A DNA stretch of 64,000 nt from NCBI GenBank assembly GCA_963770565.1, contig CAVYQE010000010.1, positions 32,001 to 96,000 of the forward strand, read 5' to 3'. The translations under genes were made by a program, and so were the position numbers. Below the pieces are notes generated by a model. The model was not told where the DNA came from. It searched no databases and saw nothing but the letters and a program-made list of their open reading frames with translations. Within the stretch, counting starts at the first letter, position 1, and each line of letters begins with the position of its first letter. This document shows, in pieces, positions 37,233 through 49,026 of this stretch. Origin of the DNA: an uncultured Actinomycetota bacterium (GTDB lineage: Bacteria; Actinomycetota; Actinomycetes; JAFAQI01).

Positions 37233-38423
37233 ATGGACGCGATCCGCCGCCTTGGGCACCTCGGGCTCCGGGTCCGTTACCTGGTGCTCCTGGCGTGGGC
37301 GTACGCCTGGTTTGCGATCGCGTACGAGACCCGGCCTAAGGGCGTCCTGACCGACTGGCTGTGGTTCGAGTTCGGGGCACGGACCTTGATCCATCTCAAC
37401 TCGCACTACGCGACTGGAGCCCTGGGCCTTTACGCGCACTCCCCGGAGATCCAGATCGGGCCGCCGCCGCTCGCGATCGTCGCCTGCTTCCAGTGGCTGT
37501 CACCCCTGACGGTCCGACTCCTGATGACCATCCTCATGGTGGCTGCGGGCGTCTGGTGCGTCCGGTGCGTCGAGCTCACTGCCATCCGTCGCAAGACTCT
37601 GGCGCGGGGCCGGTCCCTGCAGACCGTGATCCTGCTCGCGGGACTCGTCATCGTACCGATCTGGGCCTGGGAGTCCGCGCGTTGGGCGCATCTCGACGAC
37701 GTGATGGCGATCACCGGCGCGATGACCGCGATGGCCATCATCGCCAGCGGGAAGCGCTGGTGGCTGGTCGCCCTCATCCTGGGTATCGCGATCGCGTCCA
37801 AGCCGTGGGCGCTGATCATCACGCCCTGCCTGCTCGGCCTGCCGCGCGAGGAACGGGCCAAGGCAACCCTGCTGACGATCCTCACAGCCGGCGCCTGCTG
37901 GGGTCCGTTCATCGTGGGTGATCCGCAGACGATTCACGCGCTCGGCAGCTTCCAGTTCCCGGTGGATGCCGGCTCGACGATGCATTTCCTCGGCATGCCG
38001 ATCGGCAACGCGCCGAACTGGGTCCGGCCGGTGCAGTTCCTCGGCGGCCTGCTGGTGTCGATCCTGGCGGCCCGGCGGGGCCGCTGGATGGCTGTTCCGC
38101 TGATCGGCTTCGGCTTCCGGGTCTTCATGGACCCGCAGATGTGGCTCTACTACGGGCTCGGTCCGATCGTCGGCGCCGCCCTGTGGGACTGCTCCTCGCG
38201 CCGAAAGCTGCCGGTGTGGACCGCGGTCACCGCCATCGTGGAGTACGCGGTGCCGACGATCTCACCGCCGTGGTCGGGACCGGTGCGGCTGGTCTGGTTC
38301 GCCGTCCTTGCGGTCGTGATCCTGCGACCCAACCGCGACGTCGTCGCGGCCACCTCGGATCCAACGAGTACGCCGACGGCCACCACGCCGGCATTGACGG
38401 TGGCGACCTCTTCAAGCGTCTGA
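37233..38423 (+). CDS. Polytopic membrane protein, GT87/GT-C-like glycosyltransferase
   Basis: About 10 TM segments; early D in first loop, LY....IQIGPPPL, HLDD, A.A.KPW, P..W.YY pattern resembling GT87 proteins. Confidence 0.6.
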   Translation: MDAIRRLGHLGLRVRYLVLLAWAYAWFAIAYETRPKGVLTDWLWFEFGARTLIHLNSHYATGALGLYAHSPEIQIGPPPLAIVACFQWLSPLTVRLLMTILMVAAGVWCVRCVELTAIRRKTLARGRSLQTVILLAGLVIVPIWAWESARWAHLDDVMAITGAMTAMAIIASGKRWWLVALILGIAIASKPWALIITPCLLGLPREERAKATLLTILTAGACWGPFIVGDPQTIHALGSFQFPVDAGSTMHFLGMPIGNAPNWVRPVQFLGGLLVSILAARRGRWMAVPLIGFGFRVFMDPQMWLYYGLGPIVGAALWDCSSRRKLPVWTAVTAIVEYAVPTISPPWSGPVRLVWFAVLAVVILRPNRDVVAATSDPTSTPTATTPALTVATSSSV

Positions 38424-38489
38424 GCAATCGGTCCCACGCCACCGCCCGCATAAGATGGAAGACCATCTGATCCAGGGAGCTCTTCCGCT

Positions 38490-39053
38490 GTGGCTACGAC
38501 CAACGACCTGAAGAACGGCATGACGCTTGACCTCGACGGCGTGCTCTGGAACGTCGTCGACTTCCAGCATGTCAAGCCGGGCAAGGGCGGCGCGTTCGTG
38601 CGCAGCAAGCTCAAGAACGTCATGACCGGACAGGTGGTCGACCGGACCTTCAACGCCGGGGTCAAGGTCGAGGTCGCAAACGTGGACAAGCGCGAAATGA
38701 CCTACCTCTACCAGGACGGCGCCGACTACGTCTTCATGGACGTCGACAGCTACGAGCAGGTGCACGTGCCGCCGGCTGCGGTCGGCGATGCGAAGGACTA
38801 CCTCCTCGAGAACACCAACGCGACGGTCGCGATGCACGACGGCGTGGTTCTCTACATCGAGCTTCCGGCGTCGGTGGAGCTGCTGATCACCTACACCGAG
38901 CCCGGGATGCAAGGCGACCGTTCAACCGGCGGGACCAAGCCGGCCACCCTGGAGACCGGCGTCACCGTGCAGGTACCGCTGTTCGTCGTCCAGGGCGAAA
39001 AGGTCAAGGTCGACACCCGGGACGGCCGTTACATCAGCCGCGTCAGCAGCTAG
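38490..39053 (+). CDS. efp: Elongation factor P
   Basis: [36 protein letters not shown]. Confidence 0.98.
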   Translation: MATTNDLKNGMTLDLDGVLWNVVDFQHVKPGKGGAFVRSKLKNVMTGQVVDRTFNAGVKVEVANVDKREMTYLYQDGADYVFMDVDSYEQVHVPPAAVGDAKDYLLENTNATVAMHDGVVLYIELPASVELLITYTEPGMQGDRSTGGTKPATLETGVTVQVPLFVVQGEKVKVDTRDGRYISRVSS

Positions 39054-39058
39054 CCACC

Positions 39059-39463
39059 GTGGCCGCACGGAGCAAAGCCCGCAAGCGAGCGATCGACGTC
39101 CTGTTCGAGGCCGATGTCCGCGAGGTCGACCCGCGCGACACCCTGTCGGCCTGGATCGAGCGCTCCGATCCGCCGGTGCCCGAGTACTCCCGCGAGCTCG
39201 TGGACGGTGTCGTCGCGCACCGGGCCAGGATCGACGAGGTTCTGGCCGCGTACGCCGAGGACTGGACCCTGGAGCGGATGCCGCCGGTGGATCGCGCCGT
39301 GTTGCGGCTGGCGTTGTTCGAGCTGTTGTGGTGCGACTCGGTTCCGGATGCGGTGGTCATCGACGAGGCGGTCGAGCTGGCCAAGTCGCTGTCCACCGAG
39401 GCCTCGCCCGGCTTCGTGAACGGACTGCTCTCGCGGGTCCTGCGTGATGGCGTGCCGGTGTGA
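39059..39463 (+). CDS. nusB: Transcription antitermination factor NusB
   Basis: ARSKARKRA, W.LERM..VDRAVLR, DEAVELAK.LST, FVNGLL. Confidence 0.97.
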   Translation: MAARSKARKRAIDVLFEADVREVDPRDTLSAWIERSDPPVPEYSRELVDGVVAHRARIDEVLAAYAEDWTLERMPPVDRAVLRLALFELLWCDSVPDAVVIDEAVELAKSLSTEASPGFVNGLLSRVLRDGVPV

Positions 39464-39501
39464 CCGATCGCGGCTGATACTGTGCCGTCAGCAACTTGCC
39501 G

Positions 39502-39536
39502 TCCTTTAACCCCGTCCTGTGAGGCGGAGAAGGAGG
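39502..39536 (+). promoter_or_regulatory. PyrR-binding RNA hairpin overlapping the pyrR ribosome-binding site
   Basis: TCCTTTAA...GTCCTGTGAGGC...AAGGAGG matches CCUUUAA and UCCNGNGAGGY PyrR operator elements; TCCTT pairs with AAGGA of the SD. Confidence 0.85.
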
Positions 39537-39543
39537 TGCCGCG

Positions 39544-40206
39544 ATGGCGGCTGCCCCGCGCCACGTCGCCAGTGCCACTGCCGGACTCCCGGCGGACCCC
39601 CCGGACCAGTTGACGAGCGATTCTCCGATCGCTCGTTCGGTCCTCGACGCCACCGATCTCAACCGCGCGCTCACCCGGATCTCGCACGAGATCGTCGAGC
39701 GCAACCACGGGGCCGGCGACCTCGTGGTGCTCGGCATCCCGACCAGAGGCGTCCCGCTGGCCCGGCGGATCGCCGCCCAGATCGCCTTGATCGAGTCCGG
39801 CCCGGTCCCGGTCGGTGCGCTCGACACGACGATGTACCGCGATGACCTTCGGCTGCGGGGCGTGCGGGCCCTCGAGCTCACCGAGATCCCGGTCGAGGGC
39901 GTCGACGGCCGGACGGTGGTGCTGGTCGACGACGTGCTGTTCTCGGGCCGGACGATCCGAGCGGCGCTCGACGCGCTGTCCGACCTCGGCCGGCCGCGCG
40001 CCGTACAGCTGGCGGTGCTCATCGACAGAGGCCACCGAGAGCTGCCGATCCGCGCCGACTATGTCGGCAAGAACCTGCCCACCGCGCTGACCGAGACGGT
40101 CCATGTGCAACTGGTCGAGCACGACGACCGGGATGCGGTCCTGCTCAGACCGACGGACGAGCCGCGCGCCGCGGGATCACCAGCCGTCGAGGAGGCCGGA
40201 CGATGA
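39544..40206 (+). CDS. pyrR: Bifunctional pyrimidine regulator/uracil phosphoribosyltransferase
   Basis: [53 protein letters not shown]. Confidence 0.97.
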   Translation: MAAAPRHVASATAGLPADPPDQLTSDSPIARSVLDATDLNRALTRISHEIVERNHGAGDLVVLGIPTRGVPLARRIAAQIALIESGPVPVGALDTTMYRDDLRLRGVRALELTEIPVEGVDGRTVVLVDDVLFSGRTIRAALDALSDLGRPRAVQLAVLIDRGHRELPIRADYVGKNLPTALTETVHVQLVEHDDRDAVLLRPTDEPRAAGSPAVEEAGR

Positions 40207-41156
40207 ACCGCCACCTGCTCTCGGCCGGCGACCTCTCCCGCGAGGACGCACTGCTGGTGCTCGACACCGCGGCCGAGATGGACGCCGCCCTTGCCGGCCG
40301 CAGCATCAAGAAGCTGCCCACCCTGCGCGGCCGCACCGTGGTCAACCTGTTCTTCGAGGACTCCACCCGGACCCGCACGTCGTTCGAGGTCGCCGCGAAG
40401 CGGCTGTCGGCGGATGTCATCAACTTCGCGGCGAAGGGCTCGAGTGTCAGCAAGGGGGAGTCGCTGAAGGACACCGCGCTGACCCTCGAGGCAATGGGTT
40501 CGGACGCGGTGGTGGTCCGCCACGGCGCGAGCGGCGCACCCCACCGGCTCGCCCATTGGATCCGGGGCAGCGTGGTCAATGCCGGCGACGGCACGCACGA
40601 GCATCCGACCCAGGCGCTGCTCGACGCGTACACGATGCGACGCCGCACCGGTCGGCTGGAGGGGCTCAATGTCGCCATCGTCGGCGACGTCCTGCACTCA
40701 CGAGTCGCGCGGAGCAACGTCCTGTTGCTCTCGACGCTCGGCGCCGACGTCACCGTGATCGCGCCGCCCACGTTGTTGCCGGTCGGTGTGCCGGTCTGGC
40801 CCTGCGCGGTCTCCTACGACCTCGACGCGGTGCTGCCCAAGGCCGATGTCGTGATGATGCTTCGGGTCCAGCACGAGCGGATGCACGGCGGGTTCTTCCC
40901 GACCACTCGTGAATACTCGCGCCGCTACGGACTCGACGCGCAGCGGATGGCGTTGCTGCCGGACGACGCGATCGTGATGCATCCGGGCCCGATGAACCGC
41001 GGTGTGGAGATCGCCGCAGAGGTCGCCGACAGCGTCCGCTCGACCATCGTTGAGCAGGTGGCCAACGGAGTGTCGGTCCGGATGGCGGTGCTCTATCTCC
41101 TGCTAGGCGGGCAGACCGGCATCGATCCGGGCGCCGGCGACGGGGGTGCGGCATGA
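40203..41156 (+). CDS. pyrB: Aspartate carbamoyltransferase catalytic subunit
   Basis: [31 protein letters not shown]. Confidence 0.98.
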   Translation: MNRHLLSAGDLSREDALLVLDTAAEMDAALAGRSIKKLPTLRGRTVVNLFFEDSTRTRTSFEVAAKRLSADVINFAAKGSSVSKGESLKDTALTLEAMGSDAVVVRHGASGAPHRLAHWIRGSVVNAGDGTHEHPTQALLDAYTMRRRTGRLEGLNVAIVGDVLHSRVARSNVLLLSTLGADVTVIAPPTLLPVGVPVWPCAVSYDLDAVLPKADVVMMLRVQHERMHGGFFPTTREYSRRYGLDAQRMALLPDDAIVMHPGPMNRGVEIAAEVADSVRSTIVEQVANGVSVRMAVLYLLLGGQTGIDPGAGDGGAA

Positions 41157-42436
41157 GCGACGTCGGGGCGTGGGTGATCGAGGGTGTCCGCCCACTCGGT
41201 GGCGACCCGGTCTCGCTGTACGTCGAAAGCGGGCACCTGGTCGACGAGCGACCCGTCGGGGCGCAGGTCGTCGATGCCGACGGGCTGATCGCACTGCCCG
41301 GCTTGGTGGACCTGCACACGCACTTGCGCGAACCGGGCCGTGAGGATGCCGAGACGATCGAGACCGGCACGATGGCGGCCGCACTCGGTGGGTTCACCGC
41401 AGTGCATGCGATGGCGAACACCGATCCGGTCGCGGATGTCGCCGGTGTGGTCGAGCAGGTGTGGCGCCTCGGAGAGACGGCCGGTCACTGCGACGTCCGC
41501 CCGGTCGGCGCGGTCACTCTCGGCCTGGCCGGCCAGCGGCTCGCCGAGCTCGGCGCAATGGCGGACTCGGCGGCGCAGGTCCGGGTCTTTTCCGACGACG
41601 GCAACTGTGTGCACGACCCGTTGCTGATGCGGCGGGCGCTTGAGTACGTGAAGGCATTCGACGGCGTGATCGCCCAACATGCCCAGGAGCCGCGGCTCAC
41701 CGAGGCGGCCCAGATGAACGAGGGCGACCAATCCGGCGTACTCGGGTTGGCCGGCTGGCCCGCGGTCGCCGAGGAGGCGATCATCGCGCGGGACTGCCTG
41801 CTCGCGGCGCACGTCGGCTCGCGGGTGCACTTCTGTCATGTGTCGACTGCCGGCTCGGTGGAGCTGGTCCGCTGGGCCAAGGGCAAGGGCTGGGACGTCA
41901 CGGCCGAGGTCACGCCGCACCACTTGCTGCTCACCGACGACCTGGTCAGCTCCTACGACCCGGTCTTCAAGGTCAATCCGCCGCTACGGACCGAGGCCGA
42001 CGTGATGGCATTGCGCGCCGCCCTGGCCGACGGCACGATCGATGCGGTCGCGACCGACCACGCGCCACATGCGCTGGAGGACAAGGAAACCGAGTGGGCC
42101 GCGGCTGCCTTCGGTATGACCGGCCTGGAGACTGCGCTCTCGGTCGTTGCCGCCTCGATGGTCGAAACCGGGCTGCTCGACTGGGCTGGGGTGGCCGACC
42201 GGATGAGCACCCGGCCGGCCCGGATCGGGCGGCTGTCGCGGCACGGCCAGCCGCTGGTGGCCGGCTCAGCGGCCAACCTCTTGCTCATCGATCCCGCCGC
42301 CCGCTGGACGGTCGACCCGAGCCTGTCCGTGAGTCGCAGCCGCAACACCCCGTTCGCCGGCCGCGAGCTCCCGGTCCGGGTGGTCGCGACCTTCCTGCGT
42401 GGCCGGCCCACCGTGTTCGATGGAAAGCCGGCATGA
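41153..42436 (+). CDS. pyrC: Dihydroorotase
   Basis: [30 protein letters not shown]. Confidence 0.97.
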   Translation: MSDVGAWVIEGVRPLGGDPVSLYVESGHLVDERPVGAQVVDADGLIALPGLVDLHTHLREPGREDAETIETGTMAAALGGFTAVHAMANTDPVADVAGVVEQVWRLGETAGHCDVRPVGAVTLGLAGQRLAELGAMADSAAQVRVFSDDGNCVHDPLLMRRALEYVKAFDGVIAQHAQEPRLTEAAQMNEGDQSGVLGLAGWPAVAEEAIIARDCLLAAHVGSRVHFCHVSTAGSVELVRWAKGKGWDVTAEVTPHHLLLTDDLVSSYDPVFKVNPPLRTEADVMALRAALADGTIDAVATDHAPHALEDKETEWAAAAFGMTGLETALSVVAASMVETGLLDWAGVADRMSTRPARIGRLSRHGQPLVAGSAANLLLIDPAARWTVDPSLSVSRSRNTPFAGRELPVRVVATFLRGRPTVFDGKPA

Positions 42437-42455
42437 CCACACCTGCGGGCTGCCC

Positions 42456-42608
42456 GTGACCCTCGCGACCAAGACCGTCCTCGTCGACCCGCACCCGTTC
42501 TGGGGCGGGTGGGTGGTCGGGCTGATCGCCGCCCTGCTGTTCCTCGGCTTCGCCGCCTGGATCGTCTTCCAGCGGGTGCGCCACGGTCGAGGCGGTGACG
42601 ATGACTGA
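42456..42608 (+). CDS. Small (50 aa) single-pass membrane protein
   Basis: GTG-start ORF fills the pyrC-carA gap, overlaps carA start; [20 protein letters not shown] then basic residues; high-GC codon style. Confidence 0.6.
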   Translation: MTLATKTVLVDPHPFWGGWVVGLIAALLFLGFAAWIVFQRVRHGRGGDDD

Positions 42609-43704
42609 GCCCGCGATCCTCGTGCTCGAGGACGGCCGGACCTTCCGGGGCGCGGCGTACGGCGCCCGCGGTGAGACCTTCGGTGAGGCGGTGTTCACCA
42701 CCGCCATGACCGGCTACCAGGAGACCCTCACCGATCCGTCGTTCCACCGGCAGGTCGTGATCCAGACCGCACCCCAGATCGGCAACACCGGCGTCAACGA
42801 CGACGACCCCGAGTCCGACCGGATCTGGGTCTCGGGGTACGTCGTCCGCAACCCGGCTCGGATCCCGAGCAACTGGCGCTCCGTGCGCAGCCTCGAGGTC
42901 GAGCTGCAGACCCAAGGCGTGGTCGGGATCAGTAGCGTCGACACCCGGGCACTGACCCGGCATCTGCGTGAGCTCGGGGCGATGCGGGTCGGGGTGAGCA
43001 GCGTCGAGACCGACCCGGCCGCGTTGCGCCAGCGGGTGCTGGCCAGCCCCGGAATGGCCGGTGCGGACCTCGCCGGTGAGGTCACCACCGCCGAGCCCTA
43101 CGTGGTCAAGGCGGTGGGCGAGCGCCGCTTCACCGTGGCCGCGATGGACCTCGGGATCAAGGCGTCGACGCCGCGCTCGCTGGCCGAGCGCGGGTGCGAG
43201 GTACACGTCCTCCCGTGCACGTCAACGGCGGCCGACCTGCTCGCGGTCGAGCCGGACGGGGTGTTCTTCTCCAACGGGCCGGGCGACCCGGCGACCGCTG
43301 ACGGCCCGGTCGCGGCGATGCGGGGCGTGCTCGGCGTCAAGCCGGTGTTCGGGATCTGCTTCGGCAACCAGGTGCTCGGCCGCGCGCTCGGTTTCGGCAC
43401 CTACAAGCTTCCGTTCGGGCATCGGGGGGTCAACCAGCCGGTGCAGGACCGGAGCACTGGACGGATCTCGATCACCAGCCACAACCATGGCTTTGCCGTC
43501 GATGCGCCGATCGAGGGGCCGACCGCGACCGACTTCGGCCGGGTCGAGGTCAGCCACGTCGACCTCAATGACGGTGTCGTCGAGGGCCTGCGCTGTCTCG
43601 ACGTACCGGCCTTCTCGGTGCAGTACCACCCGGAGGCCGCACCCGGCCCGCATGACGCGGTCGACCTGTTCGACGCGTTCGTCGCACTGATGGCGGCGAC
43701 CTGA
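42601..43704 (+). CDS. carA: Carbamoyl-phosphate synthase small subunit
   Basis: [47 protein letters not shown]. Confidence 0.98.
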   Translation: MTEPAILVLEDGRTFRGAAYGARGETFGEAVFTTAMTGYQETLTDPSFHRQVVIQTAPQIGNTGVNDDDPESDRIWVSGYVVRNPARIPSNWRSVRSLEVELQTQGVVGISSVDTRALTRHLRELGAMRVGVSSVETDPAALRQRVLASPGMAGADLAGEVTTAEPYVVKAVGERRFTVAAMDLGIKASTPRSLAERGCEVHVLPCTSTAADLLAVEPDGVFFSNGPGDPATADGPVAAMRGVLGVKPVFGICFGNQVLGRALGFGTYKLPFGHRGVNQPVQDRSTGRISITSHNHGFAVDAPIEGPTATDFGRVEVSHVDLNDGVVEGLRCLDVPAFSVQYHPEAAPGPHDAVDLFDAFVALMAAT

Positions 43705-46700
43705 TGCCGCGTCGCACCGACATCAAGAGCGTCCTGGTCATCGGGTCCGGGCCGATCGTGATCGGCCAGGCCTGTGAGTTCGACTACTCCGGCACCCAGG
43801 CCTGCCGGGTGCTGCGCGAGGAGGGCCTGCGGGTCAGCCTGATCAACTCGAATCCGGCGACGATCATGACCGACCCGGAGTTCGCCGACGCCACCTACAT
43901 CGAGCCGATCACTCCGGAGTACGTCGAAAAGGTCATCGCGCAGGAACGCCCCGACGGCCTGCTGGCGACGCTGGGTGGGCAGACCGCACTCAACGTGACG
44001 GTCGCGCTGCACCAGCGAGGCGTCCTGCAGCGCTACGGCGTGGAGCTGCTCGGCGCGTCGATCGACGCGATTCACGCCGGGGAGGACCGGCAGCGGTTCA
44101 AGGCGGTGTGCGACGCGATCGGTGCCGACTACCCGCACAGCCGGATCGTGCGGACCCTCGCCGAGGCACTCGAGGTCGCGGCCGAGCTGGAGTATCCGCT
44201 CGTGCTCCGGCCGTCTTTCACCCTCGGCGGCTCCGGTTCGGGCTTCGCCTCGGACGAAGCCGAGCTGAGGGCGATGATCGCGGCCGGGCTCGACGCCAGC
44301 CCGGTGCACGAGGTTCTGGTCGAGCAGAGCGTGCTCGGTTGGAAGGAGTTCGAGCTCGAGGTCATGCGCGACCGCAAGGACAACTGCGTCGTGGTCTGCT
44401 CGATCGAGAACCTGGACCCGATGGGCGTGCACACCGGCGACAGCATCACCGTCGCTCCGGCGATGACCCTCACCGACCGCGAATACCAGCAGATGCGTGA
44501 CATGGCGTTCGCGGTCATCCGTGAGGTCGGGGTGGAGACCGGCGGCTCGAACATCCAGTTCGCGGTCGACCCGTCGTCGGGCCGGCAGGTCGTGATCGAG
44601 ATGAACCCGCGGGTGTCACGATCGAGCGCGCTCGCGAGCAAGGCGACGGGTTTCCCGATCGCGAAGATCGCGGCCAAGCTGGCACTGGGCTACACCCTGG
44701 ACGAGATCCCGAACGACATCACGGAGAAGACCCCGGCCAGCTTCGAGCCGAGCCTCGACTACGTCGTGGTCAAGATTCCCCGGTTCGCCTTCGAGAAGTT
44801 CCCGGGTGCGGACACGACCCTGACCACGCACATGAAGAGCGTCGGCGAGGTCATGGCGCTGGGACGGAGCTTTCCCGAGGCCTTGCAGAAGGCGGCCCGG
44901 TCGCTCGAGGCCAAGGGCGCCGAGCTCGACTTCGCCGCACCGGCGGGGGACCGGGCCGAATGGATCGGTCGGGCTGCGCGACCGCACGATCGCCGCTTGC
45001 AAGCGGTCGTGCAGGCGATCCGGGCCGGCGCCACCGTCGACGAGCTGGCGGCCGCGACCGGGATCGACCCCTGGTTCCTCGACCAGCTCGGGTTGCTCGA
45101 CGAGGTCGCCGGCGATCTGCGCGCTGCGCCGCAGCTCGACGAAGCGACCCTTCGGTCGGCGAAGCAGCACGGATTCTCCGACGTACAGATCGCCGCGATC
45201 CGTGGCGGGATCAGTGAGGACGACGTCCGCCGGCTCCGCCACGCGCTCGGGGTGCGGCCGGTGTTCAAGACCGTCGACACCTGCGCGGCCGAGTTCGCCG
45301 CCCGCACTCCGTACCACTACTCGTCGTACGACGAGGAGGACGAGGTCGAGCCGAGCACCCGCCCGAAGGTCCTGATCCTGGGCAGCGGGCCGAACCGGAT
45401 CGGGCAGGGGGTGGAGTTCGACTACTCCTGTGTGCATGCCTGCTACGCCCTGCACGACGCCGGCTTCGACACGGTGATGGTCAACTGCAACCCCGAGACC
45501 GTCTCGACCGACTACGACACCTCCGACCGGCTGTATTTCGAGCCGTTGACGTTGGAGGACGTGCTCGAGGTCGTCGCCGCTGAGCAGCGGACCGGCGAGG
45601 TGGTCGGCGTCGTGGTCCAGCTCGGCGGCCAGACGCCGCTCGGGCTGGCCCAGCCGCTCAAGGACGCCGGCGTCCCGATCGTCGGGACCTCGCCCGAGGC
45701 GATCCACCTCGCCGAGGAGCGCGGCGCGTTCGGCCGGGTGCTGGCCGCGGCCGGCCTGACCGCACCCAAGCACGGGACCGCGCGCTCCTTCGCCGAGGCG
45801 GTCGCGATCGTCCACGGGATCGGCTACCCGGTCCTGGTCCGGCCGTCGTACGTCCTTGGTGGCCGCGGGATGGAGATCGTGTACGACGACGACACGTTGC
45901 GCGACTACATCGACCGCGCGACCGAGGTCAGCCCCGAGCATCCGGTGCTGGTCGACCGGTTCCTCGACGACGCGATCGAGGTCGACGTCGACGCGATCTA
46001 TGACGGAGTCGAGCTGTTCCTCGGCGGGGTGATGGAGCACATCGAGGAAGCCGGCATCCACTCCGGCGACTCCGCCTGCGCACTGCCGCCGATCACCCTT
46101 GGCCGAGCCGACGTCGCCCGGATCCGCACGGCCACCGAGGCGATCGCGATCGGCGTCGGCGTACACGGGCTGCTCAACGTGCAGTTCGCGCTGGCCGGCG
46201 ACGTCCTCTACGTCCTCGAGGCCAACCCGCGGGCCAGCCGCACGGTGCCGTTCGTCGCGAAGGCGACCGCGGTCCCGCTCGCCAAGGCAGCCGCCCGGGT
46301 GATGCTGGGCGCGACGATCGCCGAGCTGCGGGTCGAGGGCATGCTGCCCGACGGCGACGGCGCCGACCTCCCGCTCGACGCGCCGATCTGCGTGAAGGAA
46401 GCGGTCCTGCCGTGGAACCGCTTCAGCGGGGTCGACACGGTGCTCGGCCCGGAGATGAAGTCGACCGGCGAGGTCATGGGCATCGACGCGGGTTTCGGCA
46501 CCGCGTTCGCCAAGTCCCAGGAAGCGGCGTACGGCGGACTGCCGACCAAGGGGCGGATCTTCGTCTCGGTGGCCGACCGTGACAAGCGCCACCTGATCTT
46601 CCCGGCGAAGCGGCTGGCCGACCTCGGGTTCGAGGTGCTCGCGACCGGCGGGACCGCCGAGGTGCTGCGCCGCAACGGGGTGCCGTCGACCGTGGTCCGC

Positions 46701-47027
46701 AAGATCTCCGATGGCCCCGGCCCGGACGGCGAGCCGACGATCGTCGACCGGATCCTCGCCGGCGAGGTGGACCTGATCGTCAACACGCCGTTCGGCAACT
46801 CCGGCCCGCGCCTGGACGGGTATGAGATCCGGACCGCCGCCGTGGTGAGGGGAATACCGTGTTTGACCACGGTGCAAGCGCTCGGTGCCGCAGTGCAGGG
46901 CATCGAGGCGCTGCGCGGTGGTGAGGTTGGCGTGGCACCGCTGCAGCGGCATCATGCGGTGATCAACGCCGACCGGGCCAGCCGGGCCACGAAGCGAGAC
47001 ACGCAGAACCCGAGGAGTGAAGCCTGA
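43704..47027 (+). CDS. carB: Carbamoyl-phosphate synthase large subunit
   Basis: [51 protein letters not shown] domain. Confidence 0.99.
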   Translation: MPRRTDIKSVLVIGSGPIVIGQACEFDYSGTQACRVLREEGLRVSLINSNPATIMTDPEFADATYIEPITPEYVEKVIAQERPDGLLATLGGQTALNVTVALHQRGVLQRYGVELLGASIDAIHAGEDRQRFKAVCDAIGADYPHSRIVRTLAEALEVAAELEYPLVLRPSFTLGGSGSGFASDEAELRAMIAAGLDASPVHEVLVEQSVLGWKEFELEVMRDRKDNCVVVCSIENLDPMGVHTGDSITVAPAMTLTDREYQQMRDMAFAVIREVGVETGGSNIQFAVDPSSGRQVVIEMNPRVSRSSALASKATGFPIAKIAAKLALGYTLDEIPNDITEKTPASFEPSLDYVVVKIPRFAFEKFPGADTTLTTHMKSVGEVMALGRSFPEALQKAARSLEAKGAELDFAAPAGDRAEWIGRAARPHDRRLQAVVQAIRAGATVDELAAATGIDPWFLDQLGLLDEVAGDLRAAPQLDEATLRSAKQHGFSDVQIAAIRGGISEDDVRRLRHALGVRPVFKTVDTCAAEFAARTPYHYSSYDEEDEVEPSTRPKVLILGSGPNRIGQGVEFDYSCVHACYALHDAGFDTVMVNCNPETVSTDYDTSDRLYFEPLTLEDVLEVVAAEQRTGEVVGVVVQLGGQTPLGLAQPLKDAGVPIVGTSPEAIHLAEERGAFGRVLAAAGLTAPKHGTARSFAEAVAIVHGIGYPVLVRPSYVLGGRGMEIVYDDDTLRDYIDRATEVSPEHPVLVDRFLDDAIEVDVDAIYDGVELFLGGVMEHIEEAGIHSGDSACALPPITLGRADVARIRTATEAIAIGVGVHGLLNVQFALAGDVLYVLEANPRASRTVPFVAKATAVPLAKAAARVMLGATIAELRVEGMLPDGDGADLPLDAPICVKEAVLPWNRFSGVDTVLGPEMKSTGEVMGIDAGFGTAFAKSQEAAYGGLPTKGRIFVSVADRDKRHLIFPAKRLADLGFEVLATGGTAEVLRRNGVPSTVVRKISDGPGPDGEPTIVDRILAGEVDLIVNTPFGNSGPRLDGYEIRTAAVVRGIPCLTTVQALGAAVQGIEALRGGEVGVAPLQRHHAVINADRASRATKRDTQNPRSEA

Positions 47028-47881
47028 TGCCGGTGCAGGTCAAGGGCGAGGTGCTGAGCGTCAAGCCGATCGGCGACTACTACTCGATGACGATCGTCGC
47101 GTCCGGCATCGCGGAGAACGCGCGGCCAGGCCAGTTCGTTGCGGTGTCGGTCGGCGGACCGGAAGGCAGCACGCTGCTGCGCCGGGCGTTCTCGATCTAC
47201 CAGGTCCGCGAGACCGGGGTCTACGGCGGCACGGTGGAGTTCATCTTCTCGGTCACCGGCAAGGGCACCGCCTGGTTGTCGCGCCAGCGGTCGTACGACC
47301 CGATCGACGTCGTCGGTCCGCTCGGCCGGCCCTTCGCGCTGCCGCGAGAGCCGGCGAACTGCGTCCTGGTCGGCGGTGGATACGGGTCTGCGCCGCTGTT
47401 CATGCTGGCCGACGCGCTGCGAACCCGCGGCTGCCGGATCGACGCGGTGCTGGGTGCCTCGACCGGCGACCGGATGTTCGGCGCGCTGGACGCCAAACGG
47501 ATGGCGGCCAGCGTCGCCTTCACTACCGACGATGGCTCGTACGGCGAAAAGGGAAAGGTGTCGGACGTGTTACCCGACGTCATCGACCGCGTGCACGCTG
47601 ATGTGGTCTATGCGTGCGGGCCGATGCCGATGCTCGAGGCGGTGCAGCGCATCGCCGGTGCCGCTTATGGCGGCGCCGGGATCCCCACCCAGCTCTCAGT
47701 CGAGGAGTCGATGGCCTGCGGGATCGGGGTGTGCATGACCTGCGTCCTGCCGGTCATCGGCAGCGACGACAACACCCGGATGATGCGGACCTGCGTCGAC
47801 GGGCCGGTCTTCGCCGGTGATCGGATTCGCTGGGATGCGCTCGGGACCGTGCCCGAGGATGCGGTCGGAGCCGGGCGGTGA
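47027..47881 (+). CDS. pyrK: Dihydroorotate dehydrogenase electron transfer subunit
   Basis: PGQFV, LRRAFS, GPLG, GGGYG, CGP.PM, MACGIGVCMTC...C.DGPVF (2Fe-2S). Confidence 0.92.
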   Translation: MPVQVKGEVLSVKPIGDYYSMTIVASGIAENARPGQFVAVSVGGPEGSTLLRRAFSIYQVRETGVYGGTVEFIFSVTGKGTAWLSRQRSYDPIDVVGPLGRPFALPREPANCVLVGGGYGSAPLFMLADALRTRGCRIDAVLGASTGDRMFGALDAKRMAASVAFTTDDGSYGEKGKVSDVLPDVIDRVHADVVYACGPMPMLEAVQRIAGAAYGGAGIPTQLSVEESMACGIGVCMTCVLPVIGSDDNTRMMRTCVDGPVFAGDRIRWDALGTVPEDAVGAGR

Positions 47882-49026
47882 CCGAGATGCCGCAGACGCC
47901 TGAGGGCCGCAAGATGAGCATCACCTTGCGCCGCGGTGGCGAGGCGCCCCGCCACTCGGCCGTCGACATGACCACGACACTCGGCTCGCTGACCGTTCCC
48001 GACCCGGTCTTCACCGCCTCGGGCTGCGCGGCCTCCGGCCAGGAGCTCGCCCCCTTCAACGACCTGACCGCGCTCGGCGGCGTCGTCACCAAGTCGATCC
48101 AGCTCACCGCCCGGGCGGGCCGGGCCACGCCGCGGATGGCGGAGACGCCGAGCGGGATGCTCAACTCGATCGGCCTGCAGGGTCCGGGGGTCGACGTGTT
48201 CATCAAGCGCGACCTGACCTGGCTCGAGGAGCGCGGGGTCCGAGCGGTGGTCTCGATCGCCGGATCGACGATCGACGACTACGGCAAGCTGGCCGGCAAG
48301 CTGCGCGGCAAGCCGCTGGCGATGGTGGAGGTGAACATCTCCTGCCCGAACGTCGAAGACCGCGGAGAGGTCTTCGCGTGTGATCCGAGTGCGGCCGCCG
48401 CGGTCGTGGCGGCGGTCCGACGTGGCACGGCATCCGGGGTGCCGGTGTTCGCGAAGCTCTCGCCCGACGTGACCGACCTCGTGTCGATCGCGAAAGCCTG
48501 CGTTGACGCCGGCGCATCCGGATTGACCCTGATCAACACCACGCTCGGCATGGTGATCGACACCAAGACGATGCGACCGGTCCTCGCCGGAGTCACCGGC
48601 GGCCTGTCCGGGCCGGCGATCCGGCCGCTGGCATTGCGCTGTGTCTGGCAGGTGCACGAGGCGCTGCCCGACGTCCCGATCATGGGGGTCGGCGGGATTC
48701 GTACCGGCCTGGACGCGCTGCAGTTCATCCTGGCCGGCGCGAGTGCGGTCCAGGTCGGCACCGTGATCTTCCACGACCCTGGGGCGCCGGGGCGGGTGTC
48801 CCGCGAGCTGCGGGAAGCCCTCGCCGCCCGCGGGATGGATCGGCTCGAGCAGGCGATCGGGCTCGGCCACCGTCCGCCCGACATGATGATTCCCGAGGCG
48901 CCGGAGCCCCTCGGCGCCGAGCTTGCCCCGGCCGAGCCCTACGACCCCGGATATGAGCCCGGGTACGAGTCGAGCTACGACACCAACTACGAGGACGAGG
49001 CCATGCGGCTGACCGAGGACGCCTAG
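47878..49026 (+). CDS. pyrD: Dihydroorotate dehydrogenase, class 1B catalytic subunit
   Basis: ASGC, NSIGLQGPG, EVNISCPNV, KLSPDVT, INT, GGLSGPAIRP; start may lie further downstream. Confidence 0.95.
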   Translation: MTEMPQTPEGRKMSITLRRGGEAPRHSAVDMTTTLGSLTVPDPVFTASGCAASGQELAPFNDLTALGGVVTKSIQLTARAGRATPRMAETPSGMLNSIGLQGPGVDVFIKRDLTWLEERGVRAVVSIAGSTIDDYGKLAGKLRGKPLAMVEVNISCPNVEDRGEVFACDPSAAAAVVAAVRRGTASGVPVFAKLSPDVTDLVSIAKACVDAGASGLTLINTTLGMVIDTKTMRPVLAGVTGGLSGPAIRPLALRCVWQVHEALPDVPIMGVGGIRTGLDALQFILAGASAVQVGTVIFHDPGAPGRVSRELREALAARGMDRLEQAIGLGHRPPDMMIPEAPEPLGAELAPAEPYDPGYEPGYESSYDTNYEDEAMRLTEDA

